64,000 nt of DNA from Psammoneis japonica (lineage: Eukaryota), in assembly GCA_008632985.1 (NCBI GenBank), contig QPGO01000027.1, forward strand, positions 496,001-560,000, written 5' to 3'. How positions within the stretch are numbered: the first letter of the stretch is position 1; each line of letters begins with the position of its first letter. The notes under the pieces were generated by a model that was not told the DNA's origin, did not search any database, and was given only the letters and a program-made list of their open reading frames with translations. The position numbers and the translations under genes are program-made. This document shows positions 1-11,785 of this stretch, in pieces.

Positions 1-589
1 ACACGGGTTCGAGACAATGCAAATCGGCGCATCCGGAGAAAATTCCAGTACCTTGGGGATGCTGAAGCATAGGTTTCAGATTATCAAAAACAGAACCTTG
101 AGCCTAGAAATGTGACACCAATAAAAAAGAATCTTCTGGAAGTACTTACATGGATTTCATGATTTTAACATTGCGTTCCAACAACGAAAGACGGGATTCT
201 CCAACTCGCTGGGCGACACCAGCGGTAACAATGACAAGGTGAGAATCCTGCGTAATACCATAGTCAGTGCTGGCCAAGATTCTGACAGTCTTGTGAAAGG
301 CCGACCCCTGACGCAAATCCTTGGCCTCGCCCTCGAGCTTTTCCCCATTCATATCCACGAGCGCAATCGCACCAGCCGTTTCTTGATTCAAAATGGAAAA
401 TGCAATAGCCATACCCACTTGACCACAACCGATAATTGAAACCTTTTTGTGCGTCGACTTGTGCTTCGGATCCGTGTGTTTCACAGGCGCTACATCGGCT
501 GAATAAGGACGAGGATTACGTGCTTCGGAGGAATCGGCGGTCTTTTCGACGTATTCCTGCAACGCCTCCTCAAAGCTGACTTCATGCAT
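1..589 (-). CDS. LDH: L-lactate dehydrogenase (5' part; runs off the window)
   Basis: KVSIIGCGQVG Rossmann motif, GEAKDL, VTAGVAQRVGESRLSLLERN. GT-AG intron 62-149 joins to IPKVLEFSPDAPICIVSNP. Confidence 0.9.
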
Positions 590-996
590 GATTGCGATTA
601 GGGAAGCTATTTCTCAACTGACACTTCGCAGATGCAGACACAAGATGCCGAAATCACAATCTTTCTCGTTCTCACGTGTTTTCTGAGCAAGAATCTCATT
701 GTGACGAAGTCTTCGTCGTGCCTTTGGCGCGAAAATGAAGCTAACCCGGATGTAAAAAGGTGACGTAGCTTGACCAATCGCATCTGTCCGCCGCCAGCCC
801 GTACTAAGGTACGTACATCCGAGGAATTCTTCGTCCGCCCGCCGCCACCTCATTTTTTGGCGCGAAGTGCCCATCATCCGTCCATCATCGTGTTGAAGGT
901 GGTGCGTTTCGCTACTAAGGTTACTGCAACTCTGGACACCTCAGACCCCACCCTTTGGGAACCTCTATATGTTCCGCCATATCCTTATTGCTTCAT

Positions 997-2406
997 AATG
1001 ATGAGTAGAACGTTTTTGGCTGCTTTGATGAGTGGTCTTCTGCTGCTTTCTCGAACGGAAAATGGGGATCAGCGTTTGTCCCAAGACCGCAAATAATGCA
1101 CCGACGCTTATTTTCAGCACCACCGAGTTGTCACAGCATGGTTGCAGGATTGGGGTGCGATTCTAACGTTCAAAAGGCGGGATGGAATCTATATGCCACT
1201 TCGACTCCAGAGGACACAGTAGGTCTTGAGGCACTGTCGTATGATTCAGAAGCAACCGATGACGAATCATCTGACGATTTTGATGAAGAAGAAAACGAGG
1301 AGCTAATAACTGAATTCAAACTATGGTCCAAGGCTGTAAAAAAGGCGATTAAAGTCTTGAAGAAGAAGCAGGCTTCATTACAATCCGAATGGACCAAGGC
1401 ACAAAATGTGGAGTCAACGAGTGCGCGAGCTCAACTCTTGGTGAACAATCTGTACCTTTTCACTTCACCCAGTGTCACCAGTGTTACTGTTCAAGACTGG
1501 GAAAACGATGGAAAGATGTTGAGCTGACATTGGACTCTCAGTACGAGTCTGCTTCGGCAGAAGCAGACGCACTCTTTGAGCAGGTGCGGAAACTTAAACG
1601 GGGATCACAAATTGTATCGAAACTGCTAGAGGAAGCATCCGATGCCCTGGAGCTCTTGACTGAAATTGAAATGGACTTGCTCGCATGTGAGACAGCCGAA
1701 GGAATTCACGAGGGAAGATTTCGTTTGATTCAAGATCGACTGGAACGAACGAGATCCACAACACAATTGAAATACCATCTTTCCAAGAACCAACTGCACA
1801 AAAGAAAAAGACGTCAAACTCTGTGGCCCGAAGAAGAGGGTATCACCTGATTCCAATGTTCGTAAGCTAACATCTCCGGGTGGGTGTCCGGTTTGGGTCG
1901 GTCGCAATCGACGTGGCAACGAGTACCTGTCCTTTCAAGTAGGACGAGGGCAGGATGTGTGGATGCACGCTCGTGGTTGTCCTGGAGCACATGTTATCGT
2001 CTTTCATCGCCGTGGTGGTCCTGAACCGACCGATGAATGTCTACAATTCGCTGCCAACTTGGCTGTATTCTATTCTGATTCTCGAAATGAAAAACGAGCA
2101 GCAGTGACGTTGGCAGAGCCAAAGCATTTGCTAAAACCACGCGGGGCGCCACTTGGCGCAGTCAAGCTGAGACAAGAACTACAAACACTCATGGGGCGGC
2201 CCGACGATGTGCCCAACGAGCTAAAACTCGCACGTGATGAATCAGGTTTGTCCGATGAATACCATCTTAATGATAAAGCGAAACACCGCCGAAGAACATT
2301 GGAGGTCGCCAAACAAGATAAAGCCAGGAGACGAACACAGCTTAGACAGAAACATCGTGCAAAGCGGAATAAGAGCAAGTCCCTGGATGATGAGAATGAA
2401 AAATGA
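997..2406 (+). CDS. NFACT/FbpA (Rqc2-like) RNA-binding domain protein, possibly organelle-targeted
   Basis: VGRNRRGNEYLS...DVWMHARGCPGAHV...AANLAVFYS of the NFACT-R domain, preceded by coiled coil. Split by apparent 1-bp frameshifts (~1515, ~1800); start uncertain. Confidence 0.75.
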
Positions 2407-2769
2407 GCTAGACCGTCCACCGTTCTAGGAAATACTAACGGTAAAATAGGTCATGAAGAAGTACCACGTCAAAAGACAACGTTGAATGCGACAATAAATG
2501 AAATCCGATCAGGGGTACACAGCATGGGAAAGGAGTCTAGAGAAACAGGGCCAGGTATAAGTGCCATGAATTCGTTGTGCATTCAATCTGTCGAGACGTG
2601 AAACAAGCAGTGCTGATGCATCTGATTCTTGTAATCTTTACGAATGACGTCAAAAGCACTTGTTGCACACCGTCATTTCTCACAGCTCCCTCAAGGAGGA
2701 AAATGAGCAAAACTCAACACAGAAGTGGGGTCTCCCAATGCATAGTAAGTATGCAACATTACATCACGA

Positions 2770-3420
2770 CTGCCCGGGCGGTCAATAATCACGGGACCCA
2801 TCCTATCTTCGAGTTGCCGCCCCCCTTCCAAAGTTCGAAATGTGGGTGAAGGACACCAAGAGAGGCTCAATAGGAAAGTTCTCTACGAATGAGCGACAGA
2901 GAGGATAGGTATTCTGCTCAGTGTTCAACCTTGATTCTTTGGGACAAGGCACCGGAGCCAAACGCATCGCAAAGCGTGTGAACTAGACTACGTTTTCAAA
3001 CAGCAGAGCCCACTTAGCACTATAATAATTCCCTCCCTCGACTTCGGGAACTTGAAGTAAAAGGCAAATTTGCAAGGCAAGGGCGGGATGGTAGAACACC
3101 GCTCCATCTATATTCTCGAACGATTGGAGGAAAGGAACGAGCTTAGTGATGAAACCAATCTCATCGAAGAGGTGCGATCCGCTGACGCCGAGTTCGACAG
3201 TGCGAGCGCGAGCTCAACCTTTGGGTCCATCTCATTTCTGTTGATGATGCAGATGCTATCTACCGTATGAGGGGAGCGAGCTCGAAACGAAACTTGCGGT
3301 TAACTGCTGTCGCGTTTGCAATGTCCGCAGTCCCTACGAGAAATCCAAAGATGGTTGCAGCCACGCCGTTAGGAATATGCAAAGAGTCGGAGTTGTCGAC
3401 GCTACTTGAAGCGAGACACC
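2770..3420 (-). pseudogene. Decayed paralog of the 7024-7917 gene
   Basis: Fragments AVNRKFRFELAPLI and FDEIGFITKLVPFLQSFE match TVNRKLRFDVTPLI and YDETGFITKLVPFLQSFE. Shared DNA ctcaataggaaagttctctac; stops and frameshifts present. Confidence 0.8.
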
Positions 3421-3845
3421 TTTTGATTCATGATGGAAAGGAAGAGGAGTCATTGGCGACTTCACGGTTGCTGCTGCAAAGGGCACATGTGATCGACGAG
3501 AACAGAAAAGGCCCATAGGAGGACCGTTGTTGACGTACCTTCCATAAGCGCAGCCATTTCGGCATCACGTTTGATTTGAATAGCCATGACGTTTCGTTGT
3601 GTTGCTTTGACAAACACGGTGTTCTCAAGAAATGAAAATTTCAAATCCAAAGCGAGTCGAATGAGTCATCCTAGTCACGCTTAGCCCGACCGCTTTCTTG
3701 ATCCGCGCTTTTCTCACGCACGACTGGGCCGAGCTCTCTACATACTTCTACTACTCTAGGGCCTCGTTTGAAGATGTGAGCAAGTCGTATCTTCGAATCC
3801 CACATGCGCATAAAACATTGAATCAAACTCAGACGCAGCTAAAGC

Positions 3846-6593
3846 ATGAAGTTCTGTCTCAGGTCACCATATTTGGCGTTGGCGTTGCTGCTTTGGCAGA
3901 GCAGGGCTGATGAGGCCGAGTTGAAACAAATCATGGACAAGGCGGAAAATGATGTCCGTGAGCAAGCTCGTGAGGCCGAGAAACAATACCTGAAGCGCTG
4001 TATGGATGATACCGTCCATTCGTGCCATCTCAACAACTTTGACGCGTGTCTAAGTGAATATCCCCAACCAAGCTGTCCTGGAGGAGATCACCTGCGGGGC
4101 GCTATTTGACTTCACTGCGTCTACGGTTAGACTTCCATCAGAGAACGCTTTAGGCCCCGACGGCAATCCTACTCATAAGGGAGTCATTGAGTCGGTGTGC
4201 TATACAAGACTGATGGACGAATACTTTGAAGCAAAGTTTGAAGCTGACAAGGAATATTACGCCTCCTATGGAGTCGACTCGCCACAAATGTATGTTGGAG
4301 CGTCGGATGGTACCTTCCGAATCTACCCCCCCGGCACTCGAGCGAGTGTGGTACCTATGATCCAAGAAAGCGGCCTTGGTACATTGCAGGATCGTCTGGA
4401 CCAAAGGATGTTGACCTTGTCTTGGACACATCAGGATCAATGAAGGACTACGGCCTCGCCCTTTTGAAAGAGGCGGCCAACAGAGTGATCGACACCCTTA
4501 CAGTCAGTGACCGAGTTGCTGTGATTGGATTCGCAACGGAGGCGAGATAACAGAGGAAAGTGGAATTCTAGTGGCAGCAACGGACGACAACAAAGTCAAG
4601 CTCAAGGAAGCAATCAATAATTTCGAAGCAGTTGGTACGTTGCGGCTCCGATAATATTTCGTCACATGAAAGCTTTTTGATTCTTCACTAACTCCCCCCC
4701 TACTCTCTTTTTTATTACTTATTCATTTCTCACAGGCGCAACAAATATACATGATGCCTTTCGAGCTGCGTTTGACGCACTCCAAAACACAACCGACCTG
4801 GAGCTACACACTGGTTGTAACGGAGCAATTCTTTTCTTCACAGATGGCGAAATGACAACCCCTGATGATGTCACTGAGGACGATGTCGTCCGACTAATCA
4901 AGAGCGGAAAGGACGCCGTCGAGAGCGAGACTGAGCGCCTCTTGACAATCTTCTCCTACAGCGTTGGTGACACCGATGCAACGCACACTCTTCCTCGACG
5001 TATTGTGTGTGAAACAGGAGGATTGTGGACGAGAATAAACGATGAGAGTGAGTTGTCTGATAGCATGTCGGCTTACTACAAGTTTTTCGCATTTGGGTTG
5101 GGCGAGGGTAGCAACGAAGAGGTCAGTGGGGGACAACAGTATCAGCTCCTATTTATGATCGAAGCGTTTCACCACCTTTGTTCATTGGAGTTGTTGGAAT
5201 TGACTTCACGTTAGCAGCAATTGACCAAGCTCTCGGAGTGGAAGCCGGAAATGTTGAAAGCTACGACGCGGTTATTAGGCGGTCCATTGCTAGATGCCCT
5301 TCGCTATTTTCAACGATTGTGAAATAGAAGCACTCCGTCGTCAAGCAGGTGGAGACGAGGCCTCTGTACAGATGAGTGCTCGAAATTAGTTGATATGGAA
5401 CCGGAGGTGTGCAAAGGCACGAGTGATTACCCCACAACGCTCTGGAATAACACAAACAACAAAGGAAAGTCGTACGAAGACAAAGTTTGTTGCTTAGTTG
5501 GTGACGACAAGCCGTCACAAGATTGCCCTACGAGTGTTCCGAGTTTTCAACCAAGCTCAGCTCCGAGCACTAGTGTGGCATTCTCACCAACATCATCGCC
5601 AAGCTTAACTCCGAGTATAACTTCTGAAACTTATGCACCGACAGACTTTTGTTATTTGGCTCCATACAAAAGCATTGGATTGCACAATGTTACGATTTGT
5701 GAGTTGGAGGATGCATTCACGAATTTCTCGTTGGCAATGGAAATGCTGATGGATGTCATCTCAGATATTCCTGAAAAACGCCGAAACCTCAGAGCCGGCG
5801 CACTGCAGCTCGTGAGTACCTTTTTGGCACCTTTCTCGGCCTCTCGTCTTCCGGCGACTCCATTCTCCAGCCTCTTCTAGACAAACTGCAAGACATCAAT
5901 GACAAAGCGGAGCAGCTTGGTGAGCAGACCGAAAAAGGATTCAGAGATCTGACCGTTGATTTGCAGGCAACAGATATGTTGAACGACCTCTCCAATCATC
6001 AAGTTCAGCTCGGTGAGGTATACAACTCGTACAAACTCTACTGTGAAAGCCGAACTAGTGGCTCCGCGTCTGCGGTGTACCGGAGCAAGTTTCGGGACGA
6101 TTGCAACTCACAGGGCTCCCGAGATCCGCACTTCTTTTTCCGTTGGTGGTACGGTCATGTATGCACCAACTGTACACTGCTCGAGTTTGATGGTAGGGAT
6201 TCGAAGAGGCTCGTTCAATACCTCGACATTGCAAAGGCTTCGTCAATACGCGACTTTGGGGCAAACTTTCGAAGTGGGTTTATGCGAATAATTATGTCCA
6301 CGCTCTCCCAAGCTTTGTTCTTGGAAGTCGTCTGCCTACCAAACTGCGATGGTGACGATTGCGAACAAGTTACGAACCGTTTTGAGGACCAAGCTTGGAT
6401 GGATCGAGTCAAGCGAATGGGAAATGCCCTCATTGACGTCGCGGAGACTCTTCATGACGCCTACCAGGAGCTATCTCGTACCCCGGCGCCAACTCCTGCT
6501 CCCACAACCAAGCCAAGTGCTTGTCCTGGTCAGTTCCTTAACACGGTATTCGTTGTAGCTGTTGCCTTTGTTGGCTGTCTGCTCATCTTTTAA
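3846..6593 (+). CDS. Secreted/membrane VWA protein, alpha2delta calcium channel subunit-like
   Basis: Signal peptide, DGTFRIYP, YDPRKRPWY, GPKDVDLVLDTSGSM (MIDAS), FFTDG, Ser/Pro/Thr linker, hydrophobic C-terminus. Intron 4635-4735; several frameshifts. Confidence 0.7.
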
Positions 6594-7023
6594 AGTTTAA
6601 TTGAGCTGCTCCGAGAGTGTTGCTTGCGCCAGCAATTGTCTTGTTGTGAAGGCGTAACAAAAAAATAATAATCAGTCAATATATGTCCTTTACTAATTCG
6701 TTATCGAGCACATTGTGGACGACGACAATCATACGTTCTGTCCGCTATTACTGCGTATGGGAGCTTTAGCCTGGAATAATTCTTGCTTAGAAACGGCGAA
6801 TGAACCACATTGACCATTTTTCTATCTTTGTGATAAGGATAGCAGAGGAAAAGCTTTTTGATTCAGTTCGTAGGAGGTACTTTACACGACTAGTATCATT
6901 TACCATCCTATCGTCTTACTGATTGATATAGAAAACATGAAAGGCCTTTCGCGGATCGACATGAAAATGAAAACCACTTTTCCAATAGAGAGCTCTGAAA
7001 GTAATGATTTGCGATTCGATCAT

Positions 7024-7917
7024 TTACGTAGAAGTGTTTTCTTGCAGGATATGGTAAATCCGAGTCATTACCTCGCGACCTCCAGGACGATTGATGATGG
7101 TTGGAATCATCCACTCTTCGATCTGCCTCGTCTGATCAAGCGAGCTGCTCATGTCAAGAAAGGACACCAAAATGTTGTCCGCAGTGACAGTAAGAAGGTG
7201 CTCAATAGGAAAGTTCTCTACAACGCAGCGACAAAGGCGACAAATCCCAGCATCGGGATGATGACGCCGAGGGCAGAACAAGTACTCAATTTTGATCCTG
7301 TTCGACAAGGCTCCAGAGCCGAAAGCGTCACAAAGGTTGTGAACGATGGTTGCGATAGGAAGAGCATACCTCTCGCTCTCGTGCTGGCCGCCTTCTACTT
7401 CTGGGACCTGAAGCACAAGGGCGAGCGTTATTTTGAGTGCGTCGGGAAATGAAGCGTTCTCCAAGTGCTCAAATGATTGTAGGAAGGGGACGAGCTTGGT
7501 AATGAAACCTGTTTCATCGTAGAAGTAGCCAGCTCTGCCGCCAAACTCAATGTTGCGAACATTAGGGAACAAATGGGCAACGCTATGCTCCATCTCCTTC
7601 ACCTGCGTGATTCGCAAGTGGTGAATGAGCGGGGTCACGTCGAAACGCAACTTTCGATTGACGGTGGTCGCGATGCCAATTTCTTTTGCCTCGAGAAACC
7701 CGAGTGCACTCGCAATCACGTCGTTGGGAAGTCCCTGAAGCGTAGGCTCAGGGGCTGGATCTTGGAGAGACACACCTGTCGAATCGTGAATGGGGAATGT
7801 GATCATACAGCAAGTAAGATACTCCGAACAGGAACAGAAAGCTACAATGATAAAAGTACTGGCCTCACCTTCCACATGAGCAGCCACGACAGCAACGCTT
7901 ACTTTGTTTGTAGACAT
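7024..7917 (-). CDS. Hypothetical protein with F-box-like N-terminal motif
   Basis: 297-aa ORF with LPNDVIASALGFL; conservation with the paralog at ~2770-3420 supports this frame. True start uncertain. Confidence 0.6.
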   Translation of the reverse strand: MSTNKVSVAVVAAHVEGEASTFIIVAFCSCSEYLTCCMITFPIHDSTGVSLQDPAPEPTLQGLPNDVIASALGFLEAKEIGIATTVNRKLRFDVTPLIHHLRITQVKEMEHSVAHLFPNVRNIEFGGRAGYFYDETGFITKLVPFLQSFEHLENASFPDALKITLALVLQVPEVEGGQHESERYALPIATIVHNLCDAFGSGALSNRIKIEYLFCPRRHHPDAGICRLCRCVVENFPIEHLLTVTADNILVSFLDMSSSLDQTRQIEEWMIPTIINRPGGREVMTRIYHILQENTST

Positions 7918-8309
7918 TTCGATCCTTTGATGCTGATTCAGCCCGTTTGTGTACCGAAAATGAGGCGGAGAAAGAGAGGCGCAAAACGACGAAGTGAGAG
8001 TTTGTCTGGTTAGGGCCTAGCTAGTACAGTAGCTAGAGTAGTAGGTGGGCGAGATCTTCTGCAACCTCAACCACGTCTCGGTGGCAAGTCCAAACAAGAC
8101 AAAATCGAAAACGCGATTCATAAATGACATTTCGGTACTTAAAGCTAAGTCCTGGATAGCGCTTTCATGAATTAACGAGTATTGCCCATGATACAACTAT
8201 GGATACACTGTGCGTTGTTGTGCGACCACTCCGGTCTGGGCGGGACCAAGCCGGTGCATGCTGACTCTCCGCGTGCTCTCACTTTTCACGTCACTCATCA
8301 ATCCTAACG

Positions 8310-8834
8310 ATGAAGTGTTCAACAAAAGTCAAACCGCCATCTCCACCAAGGATGCCATCACCGTACCCCCGAGATGAAGAAGTGGAAGCAGCTGAACTCC
8401 TTTTGTCAATGTCCGATGACGAGGAGGAGGAGGAATCAGAAGAGGAACTCATTGTACCTCAACCTCATGACGTGCTTATTACCCGTCGAGGTCGTGATGC
8501 AAACCGATCTCACGTGGGAAACATCATGTATAGAAAAGTCATTGAGCACAATGGAGAGTCGTACCAAACTTGCAAACGAAAGCACAAACCACTTCTTTGC
8601 CAATCGATTGTCTTTGCGGTGAAGATGCAAGATCCACCGGGACGATTCTAGGCTTTTGACGACAGCCAAAACAAGTGGTATGAAATCAAGACGGAAGAAG
8701 CTATTGAAAAGACGGCGCAAATGTTTCGAGACTGCCGCAAGGCTAGTCTGACGAACGTCATGGGGCACGGGATACCTCCAGGGGGGTGTAACCTTTCACT
8801 TTTGCTCGATTCCCTTGATCACTTGAATCAATGA
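8310..8834 (+). CDS. DUF6824-type diatom protein with internal TAG (possible pseudogene)
   Basis: PHDVL..RG....HVGN..YR...PPGRF*...WYE....AIEKTAQMFRD. The frame continues past TAG 8649-8651 to TGA at 8832-8834. Confidence 0.7.
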
Positions 8835-9154
8835 AGCATAGGTTAAAGCTTTATAAAGGATCGTCAAAGCGTGCATCTATCGCTATTTGCACACAGTTGC
8901 CGTAGTCAGCACAATCACCGTAGCTCTCGTGAGCATAACTAAGACTCTAGTTGTTTTTACGGGAGACGGTATTGCATAGAGAAAGCATAAGCAGGTACCG
9001 CAATATACCCCATTGGATCCTGACCGATCATTAAACCTCCACCATATGCACGTCCCCGCAGTATAACGTACAAGGTTTACACGAGCCGCTATCGAAGACA
9101 CTGCACGCAGTATCCGTTGCTCCAATCAACACTTTAGAAACCTCCAGCTGATCG

Positions 9155-9886
9155 TCACAAATCAAATTCATAGTCTGTCGAACCAAATAGCGTCAATGTC
9201 ATTGTGCTCGGTTCATAGCGTACCATGACGCTTTCGGCGATGATAGAAGTTACCGAAACGTCTTCTTCTTCTTGCTTCTCTCCGTCTTGGTCTGCTTTGC
9301 GTTTCAGGTCATCTTGTTCGCACCGAAACAATATTGTTGCAGGTACAGACTTGTAAAGTATCCCATCCTTTTCCTTGACTCGTTCCTTACTACCACTGCC
9401 TTTCATGAGTGCCGTGAAATATTTTTTCTCGCAAAAGGCTAATTCCACCTTCCAGTCGGTGGGTTGACCCGGAGCCGTGGGAAAGGACAATTGATCTCGC
9501 GCTTGTTTCAAGAGCGTTGCCGAAAGAGTCTTGATGGCGTTTGTATCTTTAGAGGATGCTTCTGCCTGCTTTCTTGTGGCGGGAACTTTTCGTTTGCGTG
9601 GTGCTTTTTGTTTTTGTTTCATCTTTTCAAACTCTTCCTTTCCGTGCTTGATGTGTGCCGCCTCGAGCAACACGTGTGAACTGTACAGCGCCGGTCGACG
9701 GCCCACCTTTTTCTCGCCTTCTTTTGGTTCTTCCAGTCTCGATGGAAGACTCATTAGATCTCGCGTTGTAAGAAAGAACGATTTTTTGGCATCTTGAGTT
9801 CGAAGCCATACCTCGGGTTCGACATTGCTGTCCTCGGTCTTGGCGGCAGTTGGTTGCTTGTTTGTATTGTTCTGAATAGCAGTCAT
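9155..9886 (-). CDS. Hypothetical protein with XPA C-terminal-like segment
   Basis: 243-aa ORF; AKKSFFLTTRDL...LY....LLEAAHIKHG resembles the XPA-C helical motif. Confidence 0.5.
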   Translation of the reverse strand: MTAIQNNTNKQPTAAKTEDSNVEPEVWLRTQDAKKSFFLTTRDLMSLPSRLEEPKEGEKKVGRRPALYSSHVLLEAAHIKHGKEEFEKMKQKQKAPRKRKVPATRKQAEASSKDTNAIKTLSATLLKQARDQLSFPTAPGQPTDWKVELAFCEKKYFTALMKGSGSKERVKEKDGILYKSVPATILFRCEQDDLKRKADQDGEKQEEEDVSVTSIIAESVMVRYEPSTMTLTLFGSTDYEFDL

Positions 9887-10029
9887 GTTTTTGTTTTTGG
9901 CGCGCAGAACGAATCACTTTCAATCACAATAAAGATAAAACATAAATTGATGCCTTTGCTACTCTGTAGAGAGGTACTCCCAACTCCCAATGCAAAACAC
10001 ATCAAAGTCTGAATGTCACAACAACGAAC

Positions 10030-10135
10030 TGCCTTGTGCGTTGTGCGTGTGTTGGCGTGTTGGGTGTGTCGTGGGGTCGTGTGTCGTGTCGTATCTCTGT
10101 TGTCTGTGTGTCTGTATGTATGTGTCGTGTGCTCC
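10030..10135. repeat. GT-rich low-complexity tract
   Basis: Degenerate gtgtc/gtgtg repeats upstream of the 9886 start codon. Confidence 0.6.
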
Positions 10136-10695
10136 CTGTGCACTGGCCAGTCTCAAGTCGCCCAACGGATTCGAACGTTTCCCGCCTTTTTTCAGTTGAA
10201 GGTGGAAACTGACGTGGTGAACAACGCGAACCCCAACGGAATTTCGTCAGTCGTTGTACTTGTACAGAAAGCTACGTGAAATGGACATTTCATTTCTTCC
10301 GAAGAAAATTGGGAACAATGATGCAATCGATTGGCTCACATTTTCGCATTCTTTTTTATGATCAATTACAGGGGCTATAACTATTCTTTCGTTAAGTACG
10401 TACGACGGTCGTCAGCTAAATAAAGTCGGCCAGGTGGGGTCTTGTGACGCTCTCTAATTATGGACGGTGTCAACTGTTTTACTTACGTCGTCTATGGGCA
10501 ATAGGTACATTACGTCGCCCAAAACGTTGAACCTGAATCCCTTGCGTAGAAATCATACGGAGTTCTTGAAAGAAGAGCGAAAATAGCTGATTTCTCGTGA
10601 TGGTCGTGGATTCTACGTAAAACGGTACCACAACCGGACAGAGTGGTGAGTGAATTCTCTCAAAATTTTCGTTGGGCACGTTGTTGTTTTGTGCC

Positions 10696-11277
10696 ATGAG
10701 TGCTCGTTCGACCATGATGAACTACAGCTCGTCACGAGGCTCCGCTAGCCGTGAGAAGGAGATTCGATCGAGGCTCTTAAACAAGCTGGGCATTTTTGAC
10801 TCGTCTAGCACACCGCAACAGCCCACGACGGCAGCACAGAACCGTCGTTTGCGAATTCTGCGAGGTATGGGTGTCGGGTACCCCATGTTGCGCCCAACGC
10901 CACCGGACGGTTCTGCCTCGAGACCACCACTGGGCGGAGCTGTTCCGTTTGAAGAACCACTAAAGTACAATGTCAACAAGGACGACGCACCCTCCCGGTC
11001 GAAACAACAACACGTTGAGAAGTCTACACGAATTGCCTTTGATGATACCGTCTCGGTCATTCCCATCCCAAAGCGAACCGAGTACAGCGACCGGATCAAG
11101 TCTCGCATCTGGAGCAACCGTCATGAGCTTCATGAGAATGCCCAACGAAACGCTGTCGAATTTGCAGCTGAAGGATGGAACTGGAGGAATGTTACGGAGG
11201 ACGAGGGCATGTACATTTGCAGTGCGACTGGGGACTTGGTTCACCCGGTACACTGCGAGCACCTTGCAACCGAATAA
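10696..11277 (+). CDS. Conserved-looking hypothetical protein
   Basis: Clean ORF with IAFDDTVSVIPIP..EYS..IKSRIW...NAQRN..EFAAEGWNWR motif. Confidence 0.6.
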   Translation: MSARSTMMNYSSSRGSASREKEIRSRLLNKLGIFDSSSTPQQPTTAAQNRRLRILRGMGVGYPMLRPTPPDGSASRPPLGGAVPFEEPLKYNVNKDDAPSRSKQQHVEKSTRIAFDDTVSVIPIPKRTEYSDRIKSRIWSNRHELHENAQRNAVEFAAEGWNWRNVTEDEGMYICSATGDLVHPVHCEHLATE

Positions 11278-11785
11278 TCGCACTGAACGCTATCATTAAT
11301 ATTATATGTCGATACAGGCGCCTCTGAGCCATTTGCTTGCGCCATTTCCATGAAACCGTCGTGTGTACCTGTACATACTTTTTCATCACGATACGTTTCA
11401 TTTTGTGTATTGTTTTTTTGAATGCATTATAAAGAACCGTAAACTAAAAAGAAATATTCATAAGTTACTCTAGCAAGTCTTTACCATAAGACATGTGCTA
11501 CATCTTCCAGACTCTAGGAAGATAGAGTTCTAAAAACTTATATGAGTTTGTATCTCTAGCTTTCTAGTCCTTGGTCCCAAGCACTCTAGCTAGTCTAGGC
11601 ATTGCAATTCAGAGAACACAGACTGAAGGACGGATTTGTGCTGGTGTGTAAGCGAATTGACTAGGGCACGCAACGGAGAACACAGTTCTTATAGAGCCAC
11701 AGGCTTAGAAGTTATGTTTATGATGTGCGCAATAAGTAATCGTTATGAAAGATGAATGTAAACCGAGAGTATTCTCCCGCCCACA

